Below are positions 11,533-21,420 of a stretch of DNA of 64,000 nt, piece by piece (within the stretch, counting starts at the first letter, position 1; every line of letters begins with the position of its first letter). Origin of the DNA: Azolla caroliniana (lineage: Eukaryota > Plantae > Polypodiophyta); contig JBHGNT010000001.1 of the NCBI GenBank assembly GCA_043228905.1, positions 29,388,001-29,452,000 of the forward strand. Reading direction: 5' to 3'. Both the position numbers and the translations under genes were made by a program. The notes beneath the pieces are model-generated. The model was not told the origin of the DNA and searched no databases. It saw only the letters and a program-made list of their open reading frames with translations.

Positions 11533-13866
11533 CTAACCGCACATCCACCGGTATGTGCCAAAAGGGGAACAAAACGTGAGATTTTCGGCCAAGGCGGCCA
11601 ACCGAGCCCTTGACAACCTCGTGGGCTTGCCCGGCTTCGTCTTCCACTTCGAGCAAGTCCACCCCGTCCACACGAACCACCGTCGCCTTCCGGCCCACCA
11701 TCTCCGCCGAATGGTCTCGAACCGTCGGCTCCATCCGATCCGCCACACTCGTCGATGCTCGCCGAGTCGTTGCCTCCACCTGATCCGCCACGTCCACCGT
11801 GTTTCCTCGAACCACCGACTACACTCGGACCGCCATATCCGATGCCCGCGCTTTCCTCCCCGTTCGGTCCTCCCGAACGCCGTTGCCGACCCTTTGTCCG
11901 CCTCGCATATCCTCCGGATCCGCCTTTTTCGTGCCGCGCACCCCGTCGTGCCGACTCTTCTCGCTCCGCGCTTGCCTTCCGTAGGCTTTCCCCGTACGTC
12001 GGTGTTGTCCTCCGAATGCGTGCTCGGGCTTCGGTCCTTCGATGACCCCATCACGCATTTTTCGCCTTCCCTTTGCTTGCCGTGCTCTCTCGCCGTAGAG
12101 CATACCATCGTTCCCGTGCTCGTTGCTTGGCCCTCATGCGGCCGCATTGCACGTTTCGCATTCCGCTCCTCTTCGCGTACCCTTTCGGAAAGGTACCCTT
12201 CTTCCCCGATCGCCGTTTCGCTCGGAGGAACACCCTCTTGCCCCTCTTGGCCCGCTTGACCGCACACATCCTTCGTGATGTCGTGTTCGTTCCTTTGGGC
12301 GCATACATCTTCGTTCACCGCGACCTCCCGTATGCCTCTCTTGGTGCCTTCATCCGTTGTGGCCTTCGTCCCCTCGCCGCCACCGTCCGCCACTCTTGGT
12401 CTCACGTCGGCACTCGCGCCGATCGCCGGAGTCTCTATAGCCGGTGTGGAGGATCCCTCTCGGGTCTTATCTTCGTGGCCGCCGGTCTTAGCCTCTCCGT
12501 AGGCCACCTCTTCCCACCAATCTTCCCTAGCATCGTGCCGGGTCTCGTCGTCGCCGCCTTCCTCCTCGTATTCGACTCTCGAAGGCGTGATCCGACCGTC
12601 ATCTTCGGTTGCTCGATGTGGCTCCTTCGTAGGCATGCTTGTGTCTTGGCCCTCCATCGGCCGTATTGCATGCATCTCGTCTCGCTCTTCCGCCGTAGAC
12701 CCGACCTCCGTGTCGGTCTTCTCCTCCTTTGTCGCCGTAGCCCGTTCCGACACGGGCTCGCCGTCTTGGACCCACCCGTCCACCATCTCGTACTGGATAT
12801 CCGTTCCGGTAACCTCGTACGCTCCGGTCTCCGACTCCTCGCCGCCACCCGCCGTTTCTCCGGTCTTATGTTGATCCGCAACCGCCGTAGTCTCTAGAGT
12901 GGGTATGGAGGGTCTCGTTTGTTTCCGTTTTTCCCCCGAACCATGGTCGTCGTGCCCGGCTAGCCTCCATCTCGCGCTTACCGGCTCCCATCGTAACCGT
13001 AACCGTAACCGGCCAATCGGTCTCGCCGGCTTCCTTCGGTTTGGGCCCGGTTCGCCGGCCCTTACTCTCTTCTTCTTCCGTGCCGTATTCCGGTCGGGTC
13101 GGTTCCCGAATCTCTCCTCGTTTCCGCTCCGGTCCTCTCCGTCGGACCCACCGTATACGCCCATTCCGGGGCCCGCATACTCGTCTTCATATGCGCTCTC
13201 TCCGGGCCTCACCTCCTCACGGTCACCGCCCATCTCTCCGGTCTCACGTTGGCATTCGAGCACAACCGCCGAAGTCTCCGGCCCCGGTGTCAAGGGGTCT
13301 TGCCTCCGTCTGCTCCAATCTTCCTTCTCGATTCCGTTGCCCGCCTTGTCGCCGTCACCTCCCGTCGCACTAAGCCTCATGCCGGCACTTGGGCCGGCCA
13401 TTGGAGCCTCTAGGATTGGTGTGGGTAAGGACCCGGCACCGCCGCTTGTTGTCTCCGTAGCCGCTTTCGTTCGGACGTCGTTGTCCGCGGCTCCCCCATC
13501 TCCGATTCCGTAAGCCTCTAGTATGCTTGCCACCACCTCTTCTTCGCCGTTCTCCGCATCATTTTGTTTGCCCGCCTTGCCGCCGCCACCGCCCGTCGTT
13601 CTAGGTCTCGTGCCGGCACTCGGGCCGACCGCCGAAGCCTCTAGGGCCGGTGTGGAAGGTCGCGGCACCACCGCTCGCCTCCTCTCCGCTCGATGTTTTG
13701 GGCCGCCGTGCCCCGAATCTTCCGCCCACTTTCGAAGTGGCGCTCTCCGCTTTGTAGTCACCGGCCTCATCCTTGGCCGTCCATTCGCCGCAAGACGAGA
13801 GGGTTGCTCGCTCCGCACCCTCTCCCATGTCGTCGTCGTTTCGGTCGCCCGCCTTGCCGCCACCAC
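11533..13866 (-). CDS. Element D ORF2, the frameshifted continuation of the repetitive ORF, ending at the PPT
   Basis: Same repeat units as ORF1. Ends with the Trp-rich block WTGWTCSKWKTK...FGTYRWMCG, also present in A and B. Confidence 0.5.
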   Translation of the reverse strand: MVAARRATETTTTWERVRSEQPSRLAANGRPRMRPVTTKRRAPLRKWAEDSGHGGPKHRAERRRAVVPRPSTPALEASAVGPSAGTRPRTTGGGGGKAGKQNDAENGEEEVVASILEAYGIGDGGAADNDVRTKAATETTSGGAGSLPTPILEAPMAGPSAGMRLSATGGDGDKAGNGIEKEDWSRRRQDPLTPGPETSAVVLECQRETGEMGGDREEVRPGESAYEDEYAGPGMGVYGGSDGEDRSGNEERFGNRPDRNTARKKKRVRAGEPGPNRRKPARPIGRLRLRLRWEPVSARWRLAGHDDHGSGEKRKQTRPSIPTLETTAVADQHKTGETAGGGEESETGAYEVTGTDIQYEMVDGWVQDGEPVSERATATKEEKTDTEVGSTAEERDEMHAIRPMEGQDTSMPTKEPHRATEDDGRITPSRVEYEEEGGDDETRHDAREDWWEEVAYGEAKTGGHEDKTREGSSTPAIETPAIGASADVRPRVADGGGEGTKATTDEGTKRGIREVAVNEDVCAQRNEHDITKDVCGQAGQEGQEGVPPSETAIGEEGYLSERVREEERNAKRAMRPHEGQATSTGTMVCSTAREHGKQREGEKCVMGSSKDRSPSTHSEDNTDVRGKPTEGKRGARRVGTTGCAARKRRIRRICEADKGSATAFGRTERGGKRGHRIWRSECSRWFEETRWTWRIRWRQRLGEHRRVWRIGWSRRFETIRRRWWAGRRRWFVWTGWTCSKWKTKPGKPTRLSRARLAALAENLTFCSPFGTYRWMCG

Positions 13867-15547
13867 CGTCCGTCACTCTAGGCCTCTCGCCGGCTCTCGG
13901 GCCGGGTGCCGGAGTCTCTAGGACCGGTGTGTGGAAGGTCGCGACACCACCACTCCCCTCGTCCGTAGCCACCTCCATTCGGACATCGTCGTCCGTGGCT
14001 ACCCCGTCTTCGGTTTCGCAAGCATCGAGTATGCTTGCCGCCGCCTCTTCTTCGCCGGTCTCGTCCTCATTTCGGTTGTCCGCCTTGCCGCCGCCACCGT
14101 CCGTAGCTCTAGGTCTCGTGCCGGCACTCGGGCCGACCGCCGAAGCCTCTAGGGCCGGTGTGTGGAAGGTCGCGACACCATCGCTCGTTTCGTCTTCCTC
14201 CTCCATTTCGCAAGCCTCGAGTATGCTCGCGAAATCCTCGTAGAACGTTTCGGGCAACCGCGTCCCGAAACTTCCGCCCACTCTCGAAGTGGCGTCCATC
14301 GCTCCGTAGATATCGGCCTCGTCCATGGCCGTTCTTTTTCCCCGAAATGAGACGGTCGCTTGCTCCGCACCTTCTCTCGTGTCGACGCCGTGGTCGCCCG
14401 CCTTGCCACCGCCACCGCCTTTCACCATAGGTCTTACGCGGGCACTCGGGCCGGCCACCGGGGTCTCTTGAACCGGTGCGTGGAAGGTTGCGGTACCGCC
14501 GCTTGTCTCCTCCGTACTCGATGATTCGGGCCACCATGTCCCGAATCCGCCATGTCCGCTCGAATCGGCGATCGCCGCCTCACCGTCCCCGACCTCGTCC
14601 TCGGTCGTTCTTTCCCCCCATGTCGAGAGGGCGGCTCGCTCCGCACCCTCTCCCGTGGTACCGATGTACCATTCTCTTTCGGCCTCCGCATAGGCCCCGT
14701 CCTCCATGTGTGAGGAAGCTCCTTCCTCCGCGTCCTCCGATTCGCTCGGGCCCGACCCCGCAATAAGCCATTCTTCGGCTTCGATTTTCGCCATTACGAG
14801 CCCGCACGCCTCCTGTATTAGCGCTTGTAGGTCGAGCCCCTCCAAACCGGTTCGCGATGAGCTCTCGTCCGGCGGCATGGCGTAGTTGGTCGTCGCTCTC
14901 TCTTCTCCCCCGCTCGCGGGCCGTGTTGTGGCCAACCGCCTCGCCTCATGTTGCCGACACACCCATTCCACTTCGGGCCACTCCTCGGTGAGACCATGCG
15001 CCCCATAATCGTCTTGAAGCTCGAACGTGATGTCCATCCTCTCCTCATGATGGACCGTCTCCAAAAATAGGAGGACTTTGTCCGCCCCCACCGATCTTCG
15101 TTCCCACTCCGAGAGTTGAGAGAAACGACGCTCGAACTCTCGGAATGCCTCTATTGCGCTCCGATGGCGCCTCGCCGACGCCATCCACCGATCGAACTCT
15201 CGCCGACCTCTTACCTCCGATTCCGCGCACCCGTATGCCTCCATTAGAGCCCCTTCAAAGGACTCCCACGATTCGTGAGCTTCTTGGAGCTCCTTGACCT
15301 CCTCGTACTTTGATGCGGCCGCCGCTCGACGAAAGAACTCTAGCCTCGTCGCTTCGTCCACGCCCATCCCCGTCATTTCCGCATCGTAGGCTCTCAAAAA
15401 TTTTGGGACCTCCTTCCCATCGAACCGGCCGACTAGACGGACCACCCTTTCGACCGCTTGTTGAGCCGCCTCTCGCCTCGCCCTCTTCCGTCCGGCGTCC
15501 GTCAAGATCTTTGTCATCATCTCCTCGAAGTCGAAGCCTTCCTCCAT
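13601..15547 (-). CDS. Element D ORF1: Gag-like N-terminus and acidic Gly/Ala/Glu-rich repeats (648 aa)
   Basis: ATG about 20 nt after the PBS. Gag motifs are shared with A, C and F. Repeats such as TFHTPALEASAVGPSAGTRPRATDGGGGKA. Confidence 0.65.
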   Translation of the reverse strand: MEEGFDFEEMMTKILTDAGRKRARREAAQQAVERVVRLVGRFDGKEVPKFLRAYDAEMTGMGVDEATRLEFFRRAAAASKYEEVKELQEAHESWESFEGALMEAYGCAESEVRGRREFDRWMASARRHRSAIEAFREFERRFSQLSEWERRSVGADKVLLFLETVHHEERMDITFELQDDYGAHGLTEEWPEVEWVCRQHEARRLATTRPASGGEERATTNYAMPPDESSSRTGLEGLDLQALIQEACGLVMAKIEAEEWLIAGSGPSESEDAEEGASSHMEDGAYAEAEREWYIGTTGEGAERAALSTWGERTTEDEVGDGEAAIADSSGHGGFGTWWPESSSTEETSGGTATFHAPVQETPVAGPSARVRPMVKGGGGGKAGDHGVDTREGAEQATVSFRGKRTAMDEADIYGAMDATSRVGGSFGTRLPETFYEDFASILEACEMEEEDETSDGVATFHTPALEASAVGPSAGTRPRATDGGGGKADNRNEDETGEEEAAASILDACETEDGVATDDDVRMEVATDEGSGGVATFHTPVLETPAPGPRAGERPRVTDGGGGKAGDRNDDDMGEGAERATLSSCGEWTAKDEAGDYKAESATSKVGGRFGARRPKTSSGEEASGGAATFHTGPRGFGGRPECRHET

Positions 15548-15567
15548 CTCTTTCTCCCTTGCCGCCC

Positions 15568-15585
15568 TTCACGTCGGGTTCACCA
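15568..15585 (-). promoter_or_regulatory. tRNA-Trp PBS (element D)
   Basis: The minus strand reads TGGTGAACCCGACGTGAA. Confidence 0.9.
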
Positions 15586-16667
15586 AAGATGTCGCGTTGT
15601 TACGCGCGTGCGTGGAGAAGGGCGGAACCACGGGGATCTTGGACTAAGGAGAAGGGGAGAAGGAATAGGACTTCGGAATGGAGCTTAGCACAAGAAGAGA
15701 AAGAATGAACAAAAGGAAGATGGAGGCCAAATGCTCAACAAGATATATTAGAACCGAAAACCGATTACAAAATGGCGGCCGCGTAGGCCGCACCAAACGA
15801 CTATGATAAACCCGAAACCCTAATCCGACGAAGAAGAAAAGAAACCCTAAACGAAACCCTAACCCTAAAACGAAGTGGTATACCTCACTCACACTCAAAA
15901 TAAGGCAACCCCCACAATGGTGCTCTTCCTCTCCCTTTATAACACGAGGGAAGACCGTTACATAAAAGGGTGCTACAAAATATCCCCTTTCAATCAATGG
16001 GGATATTTCCCTTGATTTTAGGGGAGGTGGGAATGATGGGTCTTAACTCCCACCTCTACACGAACTACTATGTACCTATCTCTCTCTCTCACGTGGATGT
16101 GCGCGCAAAAGCACATCACCTCTACACTTTACAAATCCTAAGGTGCATCTCTAGCACCATACTTATCACTATCGATAAATAGAAATACAACATGGTGATG
16201 TGCAACGTTGCACATCGCGGGTTTGCTTGCTTCGCTCGGTTTTCCGCCTATGGACGAAAATCTTCACGACAACGGGAGAGGGTGCGGGACGAGCCGCCCT
16301 CTTTTACATGGGGAGAAAGACCGACCGGGCGAAGGTCGAGATTTGGGAAGAGAATGAAAGCCGGTCCTATGGGTTTCCTTACACCGATCCGGCTACAGGC
16401 CCGAGTGCCGGCGTGAGTCCGACAAGAGAGATCGGTGGCGACAGGAGAACGGGACTCGGCAATCCGGAGAAAGACAAACGAACCCGAGCGAGAACCGGGC
16501 GGAGCGGACTCCCGGATGACCATTCCAGGAGGGAGGAAGAGAGCTGGCCTACGAAGAGGCCAAGGACACGGTACGTCGGTACCACGGGAGAGGGTGCGGA
16601 ACAAAACGCCCTCTCGGCATACGAAGAAGGACGACCCGGGACAGGGTCAAGAAGACAAATCGACGAC

Positions 16668-16890
16668 CGACGGAGGATCCTTCACACCGGTTCTAGAGAC
16701 TTCGGTAGTCGGCAACGCGGTCGACGTAAGACCAAGATACTGACGGTGGCGGCGAGGTGACGAAGGCAAGGGCTACGGAAGGGCGGTCGACGGAGGATCC
16801 TTCACACCGGTTCTAGAGACTTCGGCAGTCGGCAACGCGGTCGACGTAAGACCAAGATACTGATGGTGGCGGCGAGGTGACGAAGACAAT
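16668..16890. repeat. 120-bp tandem duplication inside element C
   Basis: cgacggaggatccttcacaccggttctagagacttcgg...gaggtgacgaag occurs at about 16668 and 16788. Confidence 0.9.
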
Positions 16891-19800
16891 GGGCGTAAGG
16901 ATGTCCGGTACTACGAGATCCCCACACCGTTCCGGAGACTCCGGTTGTGCTGCCATCGTGGCAACGTGAGACTGAGGGAGAAGGAAGGTGGCGGCGGGAA
17001 ACAGGACTCGGCTACGCGGAAGACACGAGGAGAGTCTAGGAGGGACTCAAACAAAAGACACCCGAGTTTCGGCAAGCATAGAAATGGAGTCCGGTCCTAT
17101 GGGACCCTCACACTGATCCGGAGACTCCGGCAGTTCGGCCAACGTGGCAACATGAGACCGAGGGAGAAGGACGGTGGCGGTAGGGAACGGAACCCGATGA
17201 CACGAGGTTCGGAAGAAGCTAGTAAGGGCAAACACGGAGAGGTGTGTTAGGCCGAAAAGGCACACCTTGGGCAGAACAAGAGTCTCGCAAGTGGCCATCG
17301 CGGGCCGGATCGAAGCGTGCCTACGGGACGGTGTTCGGCGGGGGCGGGGCCGAACGAAGGAAGCGGAAGACGGCACAAGGGAGGTGCCGAGAATGAAGTG
17401 ACAAGTGCCTAGTGGACTGCACAGGGTCGGGATCAGGATGGCAAGAGAGGCCGGAGGAGGATCCTCCACACTCACTTCGTAGATCTCGGTAGCTCCGTCG
17501 AAGTAACGAAGACTGACACGGCAAGCCGGGGTGACAAGCTGGTGGGGGCGAGGGGACGGCGGCAAGCAGAAGACTCAGGACCTATTGCAGCAGCACGAAG
17601 ACGGGAAGGGCCAAGCGGGCTACTACGGGGTGTTCCTCAGATGCAGAGGACACTGGTATGCGGGTGAGTGGCGATGCATGATCTGGCCGGAAAGGGACCG
17701 ACGAGGCGTGCAATAAACCGGAGTGCGACATAGGCAGTGCCAAACAACGGGCGAGGGTACCTGGCACACGGAGGTGCCGAAGCGGAAAGGCGAGCGCGGA
17801 AAACGTCGGAAAGGGATCCTCCACACCGTTCCGGAGACCATGGCGGTTCGAGCTGACGCGGCGATGTGAGACCATGGAGAAGGAAGGTGTCGGCGGAAGG
17901 ACGAAGGCAACGCGAACCACCATTAGGACATCACGATTCGACAACGGAGGCCAAGCGGGCTGCCACGGGCATTCCTCAAGCGGAGGACATCGGGCATACG
18001 GCGAGAAGCGAGGCGTTCATACGGCCGAACAAGGGCCAACGGAAGAACGCGTACTACGGAGATCGCGGCCGAGGACCCATTGACGGGTCAAACGAGCCTA
18101 CGAGGAGGCGAGCGCGAAGGAAGACTCGAAGCCGACGGATCTAACTGGCAGCGAGCCGGGATGCGGATCACGGGAGACCGGTTTCTCACCGGCCGAAATC
18201 TCTCACCCTTCAACCAGATTGGCACGTACCGGTGGACATGCAGTTAGGTGGGGGCGAATGTCGTGAAGAATTTCGGCCATAGGCGAAAACCGGGAAACGT
18301 TGGCTACATCGGCGGGGTGAAGCGTGTGTACGCACCCATGTACATTTAGTGTGAATATCGAGGGCGCCTTTATGGCGCCGAAGAGAGTCAAGTCGGGGCA
18401 GACGATCCCATGTAAGGCGGGATTTGTCCCACATTCTAACACGTCCCTCTCCTTGTACAATAAAAGGAAGGGATCACCCTTTGGAAAGGGGTTGCCCATT
18501 TTTGCATTAGAGGGTATACCGGTAGGGTTAGGGTTAGGTTTCTTCTACTTCTTCTTCTTTCCCTTCGTGTTCGCTTAGGTTTTACTTCAGCTCATCTCCT
18601 GCGCAAGACCCCCCTCGGCGCGACGAGCCCGTGAGCTCCCCGACGGCGGCTTGGCAGCAGACGACTACTGTAACCTACCTCAGTCGGCCTCGAAGCCGGG
18701 AATGTATTCTTCTTCTATATATATACATATACGTTTGCGTTTGTCTGTGTATATTGGCGTCTTGTTGCTGTCGGGTGCTCCCCTTCTTCCCTGCGTTTCC
18801 TATACATAAGGGCGTGAGTCGGGTCGGGCTGTGTGTGCGTGAGTCGGTGTTAAGCACGCTCTCTCTCTCTCTCTCTCGATCTCTCTCCCTTCGGTTGCTT
18901 CCGGTGTGTTTCTGAGATGCCCCAGAAGCAGTGAAGCACGACTTCCTACGCTCCGTCACTCCCTAGTCCAAGACCCCCGTGGTCCTGCCTTTCCCCACGC
19001 ACGCGCGTAACAACGCGACAACGTGTTCACATACTCGGACTTCTAGTCGTCTCGTTTTGTTGTGTTGATGCATTGTGATTCCTATGTGCCCCGCGTCCGT
19101 GCGCGTGCAAGTGCGTCTGTTGCCTTCCCGTTCCCCTCCTTCTCAGCTATTTCTCGGTCCAAGACCCCGGTGGTCCCGCCTCGTTCTACACGCACGCGCA
19201 TAACAACGCAACAACGGGATTTCGAAAGGACTGCAAGTGACATCCTTCAACCGGCTGGCTACCGACAGGCTTCAAGTAAGTATCCACAGGCTACGACAAC
19301 AAAATCCGACGTGGGAAGCGTTTGAAGAGGCACTAAAGACCACGTTCGCTATCAAGGACTCCTCCAACGCAACGCGGAGAGGATTCGAGGATTGGGTGGA
19401 AACGCCGGACAAGGGGATGAAGGTCCTCGATGTGTTTTTGGCATTCAAAAGTCGGTTCGGGAGGTTGTCTGCGAGAGATCAAGCTATCCTCGCACCGGAC
19501 AAAGTTATTATGTTCTTACGAGCCGTAGACGTCTGGGACCGGAAGGATCTTAGAGTGCTTCTAGAGGACACGACTACCGAGAGTGGCCTCACCTAAACAT
19601 GGGAAAGCATGCAGGATATCGTCGTGCGATACACAAAGAGGGGGCAATGGCTTGCCAACGAAGAAAAGAGGGTTTCGGAACCAATGCCGAAACCGAGATC
19701 CGGATCGGAAGACTATCAACCGCGGGCTCGGGAGACGACGACCAAGAAGGGAATCGACGCAACCACGGTAGAGCAGTTGTTGAAAGAAATGGAGAATCGG

Positions 19801-20679
19801 AATAGCGCGATGGTAAAGAAGTTGGATGACCTTCCCACAAGCTCCAAGTATATGGACCGTCGGTGCATATGGTGCGATAGCACCGAACATGATCGGAGGG
19901 ATTGCGACGAGCACAAGGAGGCATTACGACAGGATCTTATCTATTACGAGGGAAATCGGATACATTCGATGGACTCTCGGAAGCCACTCCGACCGAACTT
20001 CTGGAAAGGCGACATGAAGAAGGTCCTAGAGGAGGAAATAGCGGCGAAGAGCAATTACGCGACAACCGCGGGAATACGTGTCGGGGAGTCATCGGGAGCA
20101 AAGATATCTTTTTGGCCGGAAGTGCTAGAAAACACCGAGAAAACCGACTCCAACTAGATCCGAAGCACCGCGGAAGGCATCCAAGAAGCTACGGGATGGG
20201 AGTGCCCCGTCGATAAGAATAGCATATACGCCCTATGTCAATTACATGAGGTGTATGTGGACGAGAAGCGGCGACGCACAGAGGATGCGGTTGGACCATC
20301 AAAGACACCGGAGAGCTGGAACTCCAACGGAAGAGGGAAAGGAAAATTGATTCCGACATTCAAACTCGCTTCGGACATCAAGCAACGGACGGACATAAAG
20401 AAAGTGTTCGAGGAAAGAATCCTCGATAGCCGGGTAGATTTTTCACTTCGGGAATTACTCGGAATAGCAAAAAAGGAGTTCCATGATCTTCTTGTGGATC
20501 TCGTAAAAAGAAAAAGACAAAATACGGAGGAAAGTGCGTCGATGGTGAATGCAAATACCGTTCTGATGAACGACACCGAAGTGGAGGACGAGATTCCGAA
20601 TTCCCACTATACAAAGCCACACTGGGCGCGTGCAACTATAGAGACTCCGGTCCGAATCGGCAACATCAAAGAGCCCGTG

Positions 20680-21125
20680 CACACTACGTGAAATATGTAA
20701 AATACTATATCCGATTTAAATTACGTATAATAAAATAAAATAAAATATTAAAAATATTTATTACATGTAAAGGGCAAGATTCAAACCCTATACCTCCACA
20801 TAGACAAACCCCAACCTTACCATTGTACTAACTTATCTTAAGTGTTCTAAATATAGATTTAATACGTATAAGACCTTTATTTACACCTACCTTTATTAAA
20901 AGGAAAGTCATGCATTTTTTTAGAATGCGTGAATACTTTATTTATAAGAATAATATACACCAATAAAAAATGACTCGTGCACATCTAGCAAACATGAGCA
21001 CTATATTTAGGAAATAAAAGCATAATGTAAAAAGGCAACTCATGCACATTTAGAGTGCATGAACACTTTAGAAAAAGCATGAAGCTATGCTTAGCCTCTT
21101 TCATCCTTATATAAGGAGGAGAGAA
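20680..21125 (+). repeat. Diverged partial LTR of the B type (probable 3' LTR remnant of F)
   Basis: Reverse complement of about 1925-2363, with shared blocks acactacgtgaaa, cctacctttattaaaagg, gcacatctagc and gctatgcttag. Confidence 0.8.
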
Positions 21126-21420
21126 AGATGTATGTGGGGTTGTTGTTTGACATGACCATGTATTTGGATGTGTTGGTTAAAACATAACACTTGACTATAT
21201 ACAAGAAGTGAAGAGTTCGAATCTTGACATGATTGTTGTCATGTCTGTGACAACTACCTAGTAGACTAGGAGCATAGGCCTCCAACGGCCTACCGGTTCG
21301 CACATGGGTCCAGCTCCCAAACACGACTCACCAATCCGACTCTCAAGTCTGGATCTCCAATCCAGGCGCTTTGATCAGGCTCTCGGCTTGTTCAGTCGAT
21401 CTAGCCCACGTTGAGCTTGC

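Larger units (their letters stand above)
10837..16271 (-). mobile_element. Complete very young non-autonomous LTR retroelement D inserted in C
   Basis: LTRs 10837-11521 and 15590-16271 are almost identical (1 substitution and a small indel). PBS 15568-15585, PPT 11522-11534. Perfect 4-bp TSD ACGG (10833-10836 / 16272-16275). Confidence 0.96.
8576..19020 (+). mobile_element. Non-autonomous Gag-only LTR retroelement C (interrupted by D)
   Basis: LTRs 8576-9345 and 18259-19020 differ at about two dozen positions by eye. PBS 9350-9367, PPT 18246-18258. Flanks ACAT/ACGT. No pol motifs. Confidence 0.92.
8110..19213 (+). mobile_element. Solo LTR E (8110-8575 and about 19025-19213), interrupted by element C
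   Basis: Starts TGTCGTGAAGAAAA and ends CGCACGCGCATAACAACGCAACA, like the other LTRs. TATAAAAG near 8304. Flanks GCGG/ACGG (4-bp TSD, 1 mismatch). The F gag rejoins in frame across it. Confidence 0.82.
8061..20679 (+). pseudogene. Gag of host element F, split by solo LTR E; pieces 8061-8109 and 19218-20679
   Basis: VSRYLRDYKAEMIRCG (8061-8109) continues as ISKGLQVTSFNRLATD... after 19217. CCHC zinc knuckle CIWCDSTEHDRRDC at about 19864-19905. In-frame stops are present. The sequence ends at HWARATIETPVRIGNIKEPV, just before the expected protease. Confidence 0.85.

Noticed and set aside
3051-17895. Repeat-spacer pattern resembling a CRISPR array
   Set aside because: The context is eukaryotic, spacing is irregular, repeats are degenerate, spacers are related between elements, and there are no cas genes.
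844-18144. Many long overlapping antisense and alternate-frame ORFs
   Set aside because: These are expected in GC-rich repetitive DNA and have no recognisable domains.
18456-18466. AATAAA in the 3' LTR of C where the 5' LTR has TATAAA
   Set aside because: LTRs are identical at insertion, so this is one of many later point mutations, not a functional asymmetry.
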